Assembly (NCBI GenBank): GCA_044224355.1
Contig: JBGAKP010000002.1
Location: 152,626-216,625, forward strand
Length of the DNA: 64,000 bases
Source: Pyrinomonadaceae bacterium
GTDB taxonomy: Bacteria > Acidobacteriota > Blastocatellia > Pyrinomonadales > Pyrinomonadaceae
Direction of reading: 5' to 3'
The stretch's first letter is position 1. Each line of letters opens with the position of its first letter. A program made the position numbers and the translations under genes. This document shows positions 54,019 to 63,288 of this stretch, piece by piece. The notes below the pieces were generated by a model. That model searched no databases, was not told the origin of the DNA, and worked only from the letters and a program-made list of their open reading frames with translations.

Positions 54019-55731
54019 CTAAAACCGATCCTGGCGGGGTGGGCGGGCAAGTGCATCGCCTGCATTTTCGAACGAAAGATTCGGATTAAAGTACGGATCG
54101 CGCTGAAAATATTCCGGCCAGCGATCCCTTAGGCTGACCAGCGCACGAGCGTCATCGGCTGATCCTCGTCGATCCTGGACGATCTCGGCCCACGGCGTCC
54201 AGACATTTCTATAACCACGCTTGAGCGACCGCAGGCAAAGGTCAATGTCACCGTATCGGTCCTTGAACGATGCCGCATCGAAGCCGCCCAGCTCGCGGAA
54301 CAGCGACGTCCGGATCATTAAACAGTCGATCGAAACCGCAGAGACATTCTGTATCACGGCCGGCCGAAAGCTGTTCCCCAGATAGTTTGACCGCTTTCCT
54401 GCAAGCGGACGGCCGATACCATCGGGCAATAAGACAAATCCAGCGAACTTTATACATCGATCCGGATAGATCAGTTTTGCACCTACCGCTGCAATTTCCG
54501 GCCGGTTGGCAAAGCCCGCCAACTCGCCGGCCCATCCGGGCGAAAACTCACGGGCCGATCCGTCGAGAAACAGCAGCAATTCGCCTTGGGCCGAACTTGC
54601 TGCGGAATTTAGCCTGTCATAAAGACCATCGCCGTCCGAGGTTTCGATCCTGCTCTTCTCCACTCGGCTGATCGCGATCGTCTCGTAAGAATATCCAAGG
54701 TCGGAGTGTGCTAGTGCCTCTTCAGTGGAGTCGCCGCTGCCAAATACGAAAATGCTGATCAGCGGTAACCGTTCGCTTGTGTCAAAACGAAGCCGATGCG
54801 TTTCACCGACACCTTTTACCGCCGTGGCGGCGATCCCCTTTTCTCTTAAATGCTCGGTGATCGCGGTCCTCGCGCGTTCGTGTGCATATTGTTTCTCGCC
54901 CGAAGAAAACGCGACCGATCCGCTAACGGCTCGCCAGTGATAAAGTACGCGCGGTATATGGCGTATCTTATCAGCGTCCACAATTGAAATTGCCCGTAAC
55001 GCGAGGTCATAATCCTGGCTGCCTTCGTATCCCAGGCGAAAACCGAGCCGCTTTACTAACGCCGTTCGATAAGCAGCCATGTGCGTGAATACGTTGAACG
55101 AATTCATAAGCTCAGGGCTCCAATCGGGCTTGAAAACTGGAGCGAACCGATGGCCACGCGAGTCTATCTTATCTTCGTCGCTGTATATGATCTCGGTGGC
55201 CGGATGTTCGTTAGTCTCTTTTACCAGAAAATAAAGTGCCGCAGGGGCGAGGACATCGTCATGGTCGAGAAGTACCGTGAATTCGCCGTCAGCCAGAGCC
55301 AGTGCCGAATTAGAGGCCGCTGAGATATGCCCGTTCGTTTGGCGATAAACAACCTTGACACGGTCATCCGCATTCGTGAATTCGTCGAGAATTTCGCGAA
55401 TATGCGTCTTTGTCGAGTGATCATCCGCGATGCATAGCTGCCAATTTGTGTAGATCTGACGGCGTACGGACTCGATCGCTTGTCTTAGCCAGATGCCATC
55501 GACGTTGTAAACGGGCATCAATACCGAGATCAAAGGCCTATGTGCGAACGCGTCGGATATGGCAACGGCAGACCTGATCTCATCATCCGTCAGCCGTTCA
55601 TACTGTTCGATCCATTTACGATAATCCCGATAGAATCTGCGGCGGTCCCGCTTCGACCAGGCACGGTCGAACAATGCCATGACACCTTCGCGCCGGATGA
55701 TCTCCAGGCCCTTTTTTGCAAACTCGATCAT
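54019..55731 (-). CDS. Glycosyltransferase family 2, two GT-A-like domains
   Basis: ISVLMPVYNVDGIWLRQAIESVRRQIYTNWQLCIADDHS and LLDHDD in domain 1. A second GT-A-like block LLLFLDGS follows. Start trimmed to ATG 55731, which gives an ATGA overlap with the upstream stop. Confidence 0.85.
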   Translation of the reverse strand: MIEFAKKGLEIIRREGVMALFDRAWSKRDRRRFYRDYRKWIEQYERLTDDEIRSAVAISDAFAHRPLISVLMPVYNVDGIWLRQAIESVRRQIYTNWQLCIADDHSTKTHIREILDEFTNADDRVKVVYRQTNGHISAASNSALALADGEFTVLLDHDDVLAPAALYFLVKETNEHPATEIIYSDEDKIDSRGHRFAPVFKPDWSPELMNSFNVFTHMAAYRTALVKRLGFRLGYEGSQDYDLALRAISIVDADKIRHIPRVLYHWRAVSGSVAFSSGEKQYAHERARTAITEHLREKGIAATAVKGVGETHRLRFDTSERLPLISIFVFGSGDSTEEALAHSDLGYSYETIAISRVEKSRIETSDGDGLYDRLNSAASSAQGELLLFLDGSAREFSPGWAGELAGFANRPEIAAVGAKLIYPDRCIKFAGFVLLPDGIGRPLAGKRSNYLGNSFRPAVIQNVSAVSIDCLMIRTSLFRELGGFDAASFKDRYGDIDLCLRSLKRGYRNVWTPWAEIVQDRRGSADDARALVSLRDRWPEYFQRDPYFNPNLSFENAGDALARPPRQDRF

Positions 55732-56831
55732 TTCGGCTTTCGGGCGATCATCCCGAACAGCTTCAGGTAATCGTCGGTCACGTTCTCCCAATTGTAGTTG
55801 GCCGCGACATGTTCACGAGCCAAGCCCCGATATTTTTCGACACGCGAACCATCGGTAAGGATCGATGTCAACTGAGAGGCTAATCCTTCAGCGTCATCGA
55901 ACAGAATGCCTGCGCCTCGGACGACTTCCCGATTTTCGATCGTATCGAGCGTCAGTACGCAATTTCCAAAGCCCATTGATTCGATAAGTGCGGGATGTGT
56001 TCCGCCGACCTCGGTAGCATGAACGTAAACAAAGGCGTTCTGCTGGAGCGCCTTGTAACCTTCGCCGAACACGAATCCGGTAAATATTATTCTTGGATCG
56101 CCGGCCGCCATTTCTTTCAATTTCGCCTTGTAATCGTTCGCGTACGGGGCATCTCCGACGATCACCAGCTTGAGTTCGGTCTTGACCGACCTGAATGCCT
56201 CGATGACCATTGCGGCATTGTTTTCGGGTTCGAGCCGTGAAACATACAAGACATAATTATCGGGCGTTAAGCCAAATTCCCTGATCTTTTCAGGGTCATG
56301 GCGGCGCTCGACCTCGGCTCCGTAAGCGATCATTGTCGAGTCCGCTCCGTATTCGCTACAGTAATAGTCCTTGATCGCAGCCGCATCGGTCACGACACGT
56401 GTGGCAAAAGCGACGGAGGCCCGCTCACCTATTCGGTAATATGCCCGGCCAAGCCAGTTCCATTTCTTACGTTTTCGCTCGAGGCCGTCAACATTTACAG
56501 CTACGGGCGTGCGGGTCCAGGTAAGGATCGGGATGAATATCGAGTTCGCAGCATTACAGACGAGAACGGCATCGAATCCCTTTGTCATCGCACTCAATGC
56601 GGACAGGAACGTATGCGCTACCGTATCGAGGTACTTTTGCCTTATCGTCGGCAGAACACAGAGATCCACACCGCGATATTCCTTAAGTTCGCGGTCCACA
56701 TATTGCGAACGGCAGTAAACGGTCACACTGTGGCCGCGTGAAACAAGACGGGTCGAAAGCTCTTCGGCAAAGGTCTCGAATCCGCCGTAATTTGCCGGTA
56801 TTCCCCTAGTCCCGAGGATCGCAAGTCGCAT
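55728..56831 (-). CDS. Glycosyltransferase family 4 with DUF1972-type N-terminus
   Basis: MRLAILGTRGIPANYGGFETFAEELSTRL (DUF1972 pattern). C-terminal GT-B block ATEVGGTHPALIESMGFG. Confidence 0.85.
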   Translation of the reverse strand: MRLAILGTRGIPANYGGFETFAEELSTRLVSRGHSVTVYCRSQYVDRELKEYRGVDLCVLPTIRQKYLDTVAHTFLSALSAMTKGFDAVLVCNAANSIFIPILTWTRTPVAVNVDGLERKRKKWNWLGRAYYRIGERASVAFATRVVTDAAAIKDYYCSEYGADSTMIAYGAEVERRHDPEKIREFGLTPDNYVLYVSRLEPENNAAMVIEAFRSVKTELKLVIVGDAPYANDYKAKLKEMAAGDPRIIFTGFVFGEGYKALQQNAFVYVHATEVGGTHPALIESMGFGNCVLTLDTIENREVVRGAGILFDDAEGLASQLTSILTDGSRVEKYRGLAREHVAANYNWENVTDDYLKLFGMIARKPK

Positions 56832-56868
56832 ATCAAAAGTATTGGAACCGCTCCGGGTCCACCAAATA

Positions 56869-57984
56869 TCAGCCGTTAACGGCCCGCTCGATCACATCGA
56901 GCGTCTGTCTAGCCGTTCGCTTCCATGAAAACAGTCCGGCTCGGTGAAGCCCCTTAAGGCTTAACTCATTTCTGAGGCGTTCGTCGCCCAAAAGCTGTTT
57001 TATTGCTCCCGCGATAGCATCGACGTCGTATGGGTCCACCAGGAGCCCGCAGTCGCCGACAACCTCGGGCAAGCTCGTCCTGTCGCCCGCTATTACGGGT
57101 GTTCCGCACTGCATCGCCTCAAGCGGCGGCAGCCCAAAGCCCTCAAAAAAGGACGGATATACAAAAAACAATGCGGCCGAATAAAGCGCGGGCAGGTCTT
57201 CATCCGGCACAAATCCGGTAAATTTTACCTTTTCGCCCAAATTGTTTTCATCTATCGAGCTGAGCGTTTCCTCAAACAGCCATGCATTCTTTCCCGCCAG
57301 CGCGAGCTGCGGAAGGTCGATTCCGCTTGCGGCCAAACTCGAATAAGCCGCGATCAGCCTGCGCAGGTTTTTGCGAGGCTGTATCGACCCGACGCCGAGT
57401 ATAAATTCGCCGTCGATGCCGTATTTTTTTTTGATCCGTTCTCTTTCCTCGACGGCGGTCACGGGTTTAAGAAAATCCGGGGCCGCGAGTGGTATCGCTG
57501 TGACCTTTTCCGGCGGCAATTTGTAAGTTTCGATAAGATCGGACCGCGAATATTCCGAGGACGCTATCACGTGGTCCGCACTTCGAGCTGTTCGCGGGAT
57601 GGTCATCCGCATTTGGAAACGGCTCCGCCTTTTGAACGTCTCCGGCAGATGCTCGTATGAAATATCGTGTATCGTCGTCACGAGTTTGCACGGCGGCTTT
57701 ATCGGGCCCGAATACTGTACTAACAGCAGATCGACCGGCCTTAATCGAAGTTCTGCGGTCAGCGTGATCGGTATTCTGATCAGCGGAAAATGCGGCAGCG
57801 TTCTTCGAATATTGAAATTTGGCCAGCGTCCGGCGTATCGCTCGACCGCCGTCGGCATGGTCACATAGATAGTATATTGGTTTGAAGTGTCGATCTCGGC
57901 CAGCGCTTCGATGAGACTTGTAATGTAGGTTACATTTCCGGCAAGCTGCGTCCCCACCGAATGTGCGTCGATTGCGATGTGCAT
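56869..57984 (-). CDS. Glycosyltransferase family 4
   Basis: GT-B C-terminal block PSFFEGFGLPPLEAMQCGTPVIA. 371 aa. Confidence 0.85.
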   Translation of the reverse strand: MHIAIDAHSVGTQLAGNVTYITSLIEALAEIDTSNQYTIYVTMPTAVERYAGRWPNFNIRRTLPHFPLIRIPITLTAELRLRPVDLLLVQYSGPIKPPCKLVTTIHDISYEHLPETFKRRSRFQMRMTIPRTARSADHVIASSEYSRSDLIETYKLPPEKVTAIPLAAPDFLKPVTAVEERERIKKKYGIDGEFILGVGSIQPRKNLRRLIAAYSSLAASGIDLPQLALAGKNAWLFEETLSSIDENNLGEKVKFTGFVPDEDLPALYSAALFFVYPSFFEGFGLPPLEAMQCGTPVIAGDRTSLPEVVGDCGLLVDPYDVDAIAGAIKQLLGDERLRNELSLKGLHRAGLFSWKRTARQTLDVIERAVNG

Positions 57985-58953
57985 TTATGATCGGTCCGCG
58001 GCGTTTCCGTACTCTTTGATCTTTTGCGCGCGAATAGTGCGTTTTCTTTTATCCAGCAGCCACGCGGGAACAAATATTCGAATCAGCGATCGGAGCAGCA
58101 GCGTCCACGAACCGGCCCCGCCTAAATTGCTAAAGAGCAGCGAACGGGCCATTTTTTTGTTTCCGGCACGGTCAAATTCACCAGCATAGAAGAACCGCGT
58201 CTTTTTATTTACGCTACTCAATTTCTTTTCCGGCCAGCCGAGCTTGCCCGCCGCGCGGATCTGAGCGTTCAGACATTCGGTCAGCATAAAGTCGAGATCG
58301 CGACTGGTGTTCGCCCCGTGTCTGCGCCACGCGGCAAGAATGTCGCTGTCGAACGCAAAATCACCATCTTCTGCCAGCAGAAGATACAGTTCATAGTCCT
58401 CGAGCCTTGCATTCTCGTTCCAGCCTCGCTTTTCCAACGCGGAACGCCGATAACAGACGCTTGAACTGACCGGCGCAGTTCCGATATACAGCATCGGTCG
58501 CGGATCGCCGTCGGGAAAGCTGAAGTTCTTCCAGTCTGCGGTACATTCAAATATCCGGTCCGATTCGTCTATCAGATAGGCATTGCCGTATGCCAAAACT
58601 GCCGAATTTCGGCGTTCGAGAAGGCCAACACGGGTTCTCAAAAACTCCGGAAACCAAAGGTCGTCAGAACCGAGGTACGCAAAATACTCACCCTTCGTTT
58701 TGCTCAACCCTTCGTTCAGCGTCGCACAAAGGCCGCGATTTTGGTTAACGATCAACTCCGCCGGAAATGGACAGTCCGCCAGCACCTTCTCGATAACATC
58801 TACCGAATCGTCGGTCGAACCATCGTCGATCACCAGCAGTCCGGCGGGCCTCAGCGTCTGTCCGAATATCGATCTCAGGCATCGTTCAACAAATCGGGCA
58901 TGGTTATAAGAGGGAACCAGGACTGAGATCTTTTCTGATACCTCTGATGACAT
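57985..58953 (-). CDS. Glycosyltransferase family 2
   Basis: ISVLVPSYNHARFVERCLRSIFGQTL...LLVIDDGSTDDS and YLGSDD blocks. Confidence 0.85.
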   Translation of the reverse strand: MSSEVSEKISVLVPSYNHARFVERCLRSIFGQTLRPAGLLVIDDGSTDDSVDVIEKVLADCPFPAELIVNQNRGLCATLNEGLSKTKGEYFAYLGSDDLWFPEFLRTRVGLLERRNSAVLAYGNAYLIDESDRIFECTADWKNFSFPDGDPRPMLYIGTAPVSSSVCYRRSALEKRGWNENARLEDYELYLLLAEDGDFAFDSDILAAWRRHGANTSRDLDFMLTECLNAQIRAAGKLGWPEKKLSSVNKKTRFFYAGEFDRAGNKKMARSLLFSNLGGAGSWTLLLRSLIRIFVPAWLLDKRKRTIRAQKIKEYGNAADRS

Positions 58954-59093
58954 CCGCCGATCGTTACGCGTTCGTTGCTATTCTGACCACAGAGAATCGA
59001 AAACGCAACTTTACGGGCCCGCGGCGATCGCGTTGCGCTTTGCCCTTTTGCTGAAAACACATGATAATAATGGATTAGTTTGGCTCGGCGACG

Positions 59094-59621
59094 ATGAAGC
59101 TGATCACCGACATTAAGCTCCTTTTGCTGGGCCTTTGGCTCGGAGCAACGTGCTTTTTTATTGCCGTAGCGCAGATCGTGTTTGCGGTGCTTCCTACACG
59201 CGAATTAGCCGGCCTCGTCGTCGGACGTTCGCTTGCGGTGCTCAACTTCAGCGCGATCGCCGTTGCGGTGCTGGTGATCGTGTTGTCATTTCTCGGCGCC
59301 GGACGCGTTAACAAGTTTCTGCTCTGGGCCGAACGTCTGCTCCTGTTAGTTGTTGCTGCGGCAGGAGCGATCGGACAATTCGTCATAGGTTTTTGGCTAT
59401 CGTCGCTCAGAGTACAAATGGGCCGTCCGATCGATGAGATCGCGGCCGACGATCCGTTAAAAGTACAGTTCAACTCATTACACGAGTATTCTGTTTGGGT
59501 ATTATTTGCCGGAATGGCAGCCGCGCTTTTGGCGTTTTTTATTGTTTCGAATAGAAAGTCGGGAAAGGAAAAAGACAAGAAGGCCGAAGTTTACGATTTT
59601 TCGCGGGAATTTAAGGTATAG
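59094..59621 (+). CDS. DUF4149 (TMEM205-like) membrane protein
   Basis: 175 aa with four hydrophobic helices. N-terminal LLLLGLWLGATCFFIAVA pattern as in DUF4149. Confidence 0.65.
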   Translation: MKLITDIKLLLLGLWLGATCFFIAVAQIVFAVLPTRELAGLVVGRSLAVLNFSAIAVAVLVIVLSFLGAGRVNKFLLWAERLLLLVVAAAGAIGQFVIGFWLSSLRVQMGRPIDEIAADDPLKVQFNSLHEYSVWVLFAGMAAALLAFFIVSNRKSGKEKDKKAEVYDFSREFKV

Positions 59622-59625
59622 CGAT

Positions 59626-60417
59626 ATGCAGCCGATCGAAAATAAAGCAGAATTTGCCAGCCGTTTCTCGAGATGGAACGGCGATGAAAGCCTCGTGGGT
59701 TATCCGTTCGTTGAGAATCGGCACGCACCATTTACGCCAATGCCGAGAGCTCTGCCAATGATAAATCTTGGGCTTATCTCGTCGGCCGGCGCGTACATCG
59801 ACGGGACCGAACCATTTGACACTCGATCAAACAACGGCGATGTGAGCTATCGCGAACTTCCGATCGAGGTTGATGCCGCCGATCTGTGTTACGCGGCCCG
59901 CGGCTATGACCCGACGGCGGTGACAGAAGACCGCAATGCTCTTATCCCGATCGACCGATTGCTTGAATATCAGCAGAACTCGGTCATTGGCAGCCTTAAT
60001 GGCGTGGTTTGGAGCTTGAGCAGCTACATACCCGACGCCGGGAAAGTGTCAGATGAACTCTGCCCGAAGATCGTCGAACGCCTTAAGCGTTACGACGTCA
60101 GTGCGGCGCTGCTGATTCCGGCTACGCGGCTTTGTCACCAGACGCTCGGCATCGTTGCCCGAGCCGTTGAGGCGGCGGGCATCCCTACGATGCTGCTCTC
60201 TATCGATACGCCGATCACCGACAAGGTGCGTCCGCCGCGTACCGCATACTATTCAGGCACGGCCGGGGCGGTCGCAGGAAAGCCGAACTGGAGCGAATTC
60301 CAGCTGCGGGTTCTTGACGAAGCCTTGCGGTGGATAGAGACGTTCGATCAGCCTGGCTCGCGCAAACTTGCGGTCGAGATCGAATCTCAGGTCGAGGCCG
60401 CTCGAGGCGAGCGATAG
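59626..60417 (+). CDS. Glycine/sarcosine/betaine/D-proline reductase component-B-like family protein, non-selenocysteine form
   Basis: 263 aa from ATG 59626, since the ORF-track extension overlaps the DUF4149 gene. Blocks LGLISSAGAY...YRELP and IPATRLCHQTLGIVARAVEAAGIPT resemble my recollection of the GrdB/PrdB family around the redox-active site. No in-frame TGA. Confidence 0.5.
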   Translation: MQPIENKAEFASRFSRWNGDESLVGYPFVENRHAPFTPMPRALPMINLGLISSAGAYIDGTEPFDTRSNNGDVSYRELPIEVDAADLCYAARGYDPTAVTEDRNALIPIDRLLEYQQNSVIGSLNGVVWSLSSYIPDAGKVSDELCPKIVERLKRYDVSAALLIPATRLCHQTLGIVARAVEAAGIPTMLLSIDTPITDKVRPPRTAYYSGTAGAVAGKPNWSEFQLRVLDEALRWIETFDQPGSRKLAVEIESQVEAARGER

Positions 60418-60445
60418 TGATCAATCTGAAAGTTCAACGGCATGC

Positions 60446-61048
60446 CTAGTGCGACATTTGCCAGTGTTTGATCCCCTCAATGGGCCAGATCAGCATGATG
60501 ATGTTAACAATCAAGCTGTCATGGATCCAGAAGAGCAGCATGGTTTCGGTCGCCAGAAAGACCAGCAGTGATCTCCAAAATCTAAGTTGTCTCGCCAAAA
60601 CAAATCCGCCTGCACAGCACAATATGTCGGCGACGGAGTTGAGAACCGAATCGCCAAAATAGCTCAGCGAGATCGTCTCGGCCCGGTAACGCTCGATAAT
60701 GAAGGGCGAATTTTCAGCGACCTCCCAGGCACATGCCAGAGCGAATGACACCAGCATTCGATACGCGAACGGAACGCGCCTGAAGATCAGTGACAAGATC
60801 CAAAATTCAAGTACACCGTGAAGTACATGTGTGAATGAATACGGGTCCAATAAATGCTGCGAATTGTGCGCCGTCCAAATGTCGGACGACCACGGAGACA
60901 TATCGCCCACCAGACACCACCAGACACGGCCTTCGTAACGAAGCACGGCGATCGAAACGAGTAGAAGGCCCGCCATTGAGACCAAAGCGGCCGGGTACTG
61001 CACAAGATCTGCCAATACCGAGTTTCGCGGAGATGGATCAGCGGACAT
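60446..61048 (-). CDS. DUF2585 (UPF0314) family membrane protein
   Basis: 200 aa. Blocks QHLLDPYSFTHVLHG and AWEVAENSPFIIERYR...GDSVLNSVADI are typical of UPF0314. Confidence 0.75.
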   Translation of the reverse strand: MSADPSPRNSVLADLVQYPAALVSMAGLLLVSIAVLRYEGRVWWCLVGDMSPWSSDIWTAHNSQHLLDPYSFTHVLHGVLEFWILSLIFRRVPFAYRMLVSFALACAWEVAENSPFIIERYRAETISLSYFGDSVLNSVADILCCAGGFVLARQLRFWRSLLVFLATETMLLFWIHDSLIVNIIMLIWPIEGIKHWQMSH

Positions 61049-61096
61049 AGAACGAGATTTTCCACAGTTTCCAGCCGTTTTACAAGCCGGAACCTC

Positions 61097-63286
61097 TCAG
61101 GCCGCTTTTAGATTCTTGATCATGGTTATACGAGTGCCGTCGTCGGTCTGCTCGACCCGTACATCATCCATCAGGCCTTGAAGAAGCCTCAGGCCCCAAC
61201 CGCGTCGTCCTTCGTCCGAAGGAGGTTCGCTTTTTTCGCGGTCGATTAGACGCAATCCGCGATTTGCGATGCTGATCGTTACTTTTTCGTCATCGATCGC
61301 GATCTTCTGAAAGATTCGCTGGTCCGGGCTCAAAGAATGTTCGGTCGCGTTGATACACGCTTCGACAAGCGCGGTCTTTATTTGGTTGATAGTCCGGGCG
61401 GGAACGCGATGCCGTTTGGCAATATCCTCTACCGCATGAGCGGCGATCATTTCGGTATCCTGACCCATCGGGATGACTATTTCATATTCATCGGCCTTGG
61501 ATGGTCTCTTTTCCGTCGTGCCGCCGTCTGCGAGGATGCGTTTCAGTATCTCGGCCTGCTTTCTGCTTGATCCGAGGGCCTGACGGCCGGCAAGTATTCC
61601 CATCGCGTCGTCCGAAAAACCTTCCGGTGCGATCAACCATATTTTGTAGTCCTCAAACCCGCAGGAGACAGCGACCATTTCGAGTCGGTCGCACCAGAAT
61701 TCTGCGGTCTCGCCGTCGGCCTCAAGCTTGGAATCGATCTCGGCCGCGATCCAAACCGCCCTTTCGCGATAGTCCGCCTCCTCGAATCCTAAAGCTACGG
61801 TCGAACGCTCATCTTCGATAAGTTCGCCGATCTTTGAGTAGAATGCCGATGTGTGTGCGGTAAATACGATCTGCGGCAGTACGATCCGCTCGCTTTCACG
61901 AGCAAGCTGATCTTCGATCTCGGCGTCGTTCAAGCCCTTCAGTCGGGCTTTGAACATTCCATAATCAAAGGCCGACGTCGCGACCGTCTGCCGGTCGAAA
62001 TCGCCAAGCAAGGCTCGGAGGCCTATCGCGGAATTACGGCGATACAGTCGGGACATCAGCCTCGGAGCCCGTGCGAGATTGCCTGTCATTGCTTCTCCGA
62101 TGACAAATGCCCGCGAAACGCCCGGCACTGCCAGCCGCGATCGGCCGCGTATATTGTCTGAGAGAACGACGTCATCGATCTCGCTGAATACCTTTCCGGC
62201 ATTCACGCTAACGAATTCGAATATATTAAGCAGCTCAAGTGTTTCGCCAAAGGCGGGCCCCTCCGGCTTTATATGTTTACGCCAATGATCCACCGATACC
62301 GATCCGGTTTCGGCGTCTAGCCCTTCGGCAAGAAGCCGCAGGACGGCGACACGCGAATTTTCGGGGACCAATTTTTCGAGCAAAAGATCAAATTGACGGC
62401 CGATCAACCCGCCAAAGATCTCGTCCGTGTAGGCCCTCTCGACCGAACGAAAATCATTAAAATGGGTCCCCTCATCCGCCGCGGCGGTAAAAAGTGAGGA
62501 GATCTGCGACGGATAACCGCCAAGCTGGACGGCTATAAGGTCGCGGGTCTGCTCGTTCAGTTCGACACCGAAACGCGAGCCAAGCGATTCACATAATTCG
62601 CAGGCCGCACCAAAGTCGAGCGGCCCGATCCTCATCGTTTCGCACGGTAATTTCCCGAACAAATATCGCCGAGCCCCCGCAAAAACATATCCAAGCCCGG
62701 AACGCCCGTAAATATCGAACAGTTCATTCAGATATAATGAGCCTTCGGGTGAGATCGATCCGTGTTCAATATTGTCGATCATCACAAAGATGTTCGCTCC
62801 ATGGGCGGACGCACGAAGCGGAGAGCTCAGCAGGCTCCGAACATACGAACGCACATCGACCCCGTCATCTTCGGACCGTGCAGTTCTTATCAAAGGATCG
62901 ATCCAGTAGTCGTCCGACGAAAGCGAAAGGTCTGAAAGTTCATCAAGCCCGGGAGCAGAATCAATGATCGAAGGATCGTTGGCCCGAAAAGCGATGACCT
63001 GTGTCAACAGTTCCTGAAGAAACCTCTGTGCGGCCTCCTTTTGGCCGAGGTCTGACCCGCGAACGCTAAAGTAGAACGGAATGACATCACCTTTCGCCGC
63101 AAACAACCTGTCGTAGAGTTGACGCAGCAGTTCGGATGTCCCGCAGCGAGGTGCTGCGAGCAAAGCGAGTCCGGCGCAGTTCTCACGTGCCGCGTGAGCC
63201 AGCAGCCGTTCAAGCTGCGGCCCCCGGCCGATGAAATTTTCGGCCGTTACGGTACCAAGAATTCTCTGTCCGCTGTCTTCGCCCAT
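61097..63286 (-). CDS. Fusion protein: degenerate P-loop NTPase (Arch_ATPase/ORC-like) N-terminus + RsbW/SpoIIAB-like serine-kinase (HATPase_c_2) C-terminus
   Basis: 729 aa. N-terminus FIGRGPQLERLL...LAAPRCGTSELL (Walker A without Lys) and FVMIDNIEH (DN in place of DE). C-terminal N-box EACINATEH and G-box RRGWGLRLLQGL. Confidence 0.65.
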   Translation of the reverse strand: MGEDSGQRILGTVTAENFIGRGPQLERLLAHAARENCAGLALLAAPRCGTSELLRQLYDRLFAAKGDVIPFYFSVRGSDLGQKEAAQRFLQELLTQVIAFRANDPSIIDSAPGLDELSDLSLSSDDYWIDPLIRTARSEDDGVDVRSYVRSLLSSPLRASAHGANIFVMIDNIEHGSISPEGSLYLNELFDIYGRSGLGYVFAGARRYLFGKLPCETMRIGPLDFGAACELCESLGSRFGVELNEQTRDLIAVQLGGYPSQISSLFTAAADEGTHFNDFRSVERAYTDEIFGGLIGRQFDLLLEKLVPENSRVAVLRLLAEGLDAETGSVSVDHWRKHIKPEGPAFGETLELLNIFEFVSVNAGKVFSEIDDVVLSDNIRGRSRLAVPGVSRAFVIGEAMTGNLARAPRLMSRLYRRNSAIGLRALLGDFDRQTVATSAFDYGMFKARLKGLNDAEIEDQLARESERIVLPQIVFTAHTSAFYSKIGELIEDERSTVALGFEEADYRERAVWIAAEIDSKLEADGETAEFWCDRLEMVAVSCGFEDYKIWLIAPEGFSDDAMGILAGRQALGSSRKQAEILKRILADGGTTEKRPSKADEYEIVIPMGQDTEMIAAHAVEDIAKRHRVPARTINQIKTALVEACINATEHSLSPDQRIFQKIAIDDEKVTISIANRGLRLIDREKSEPPSDEGRRGWGLRLLQGLMDDVRVEQTDDGTRITMIKNLKAA

Positions 63287-63288
63287 TG

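Noticed and set aside
59626-60417. Possible selenocysteine (in-frame TGA plus SECIS) in the GrdB-like gene
   Set aside because: The ORF is continuous with no in-frame TGA, so no recoding is needed. The protein is a non-Sec homologue.
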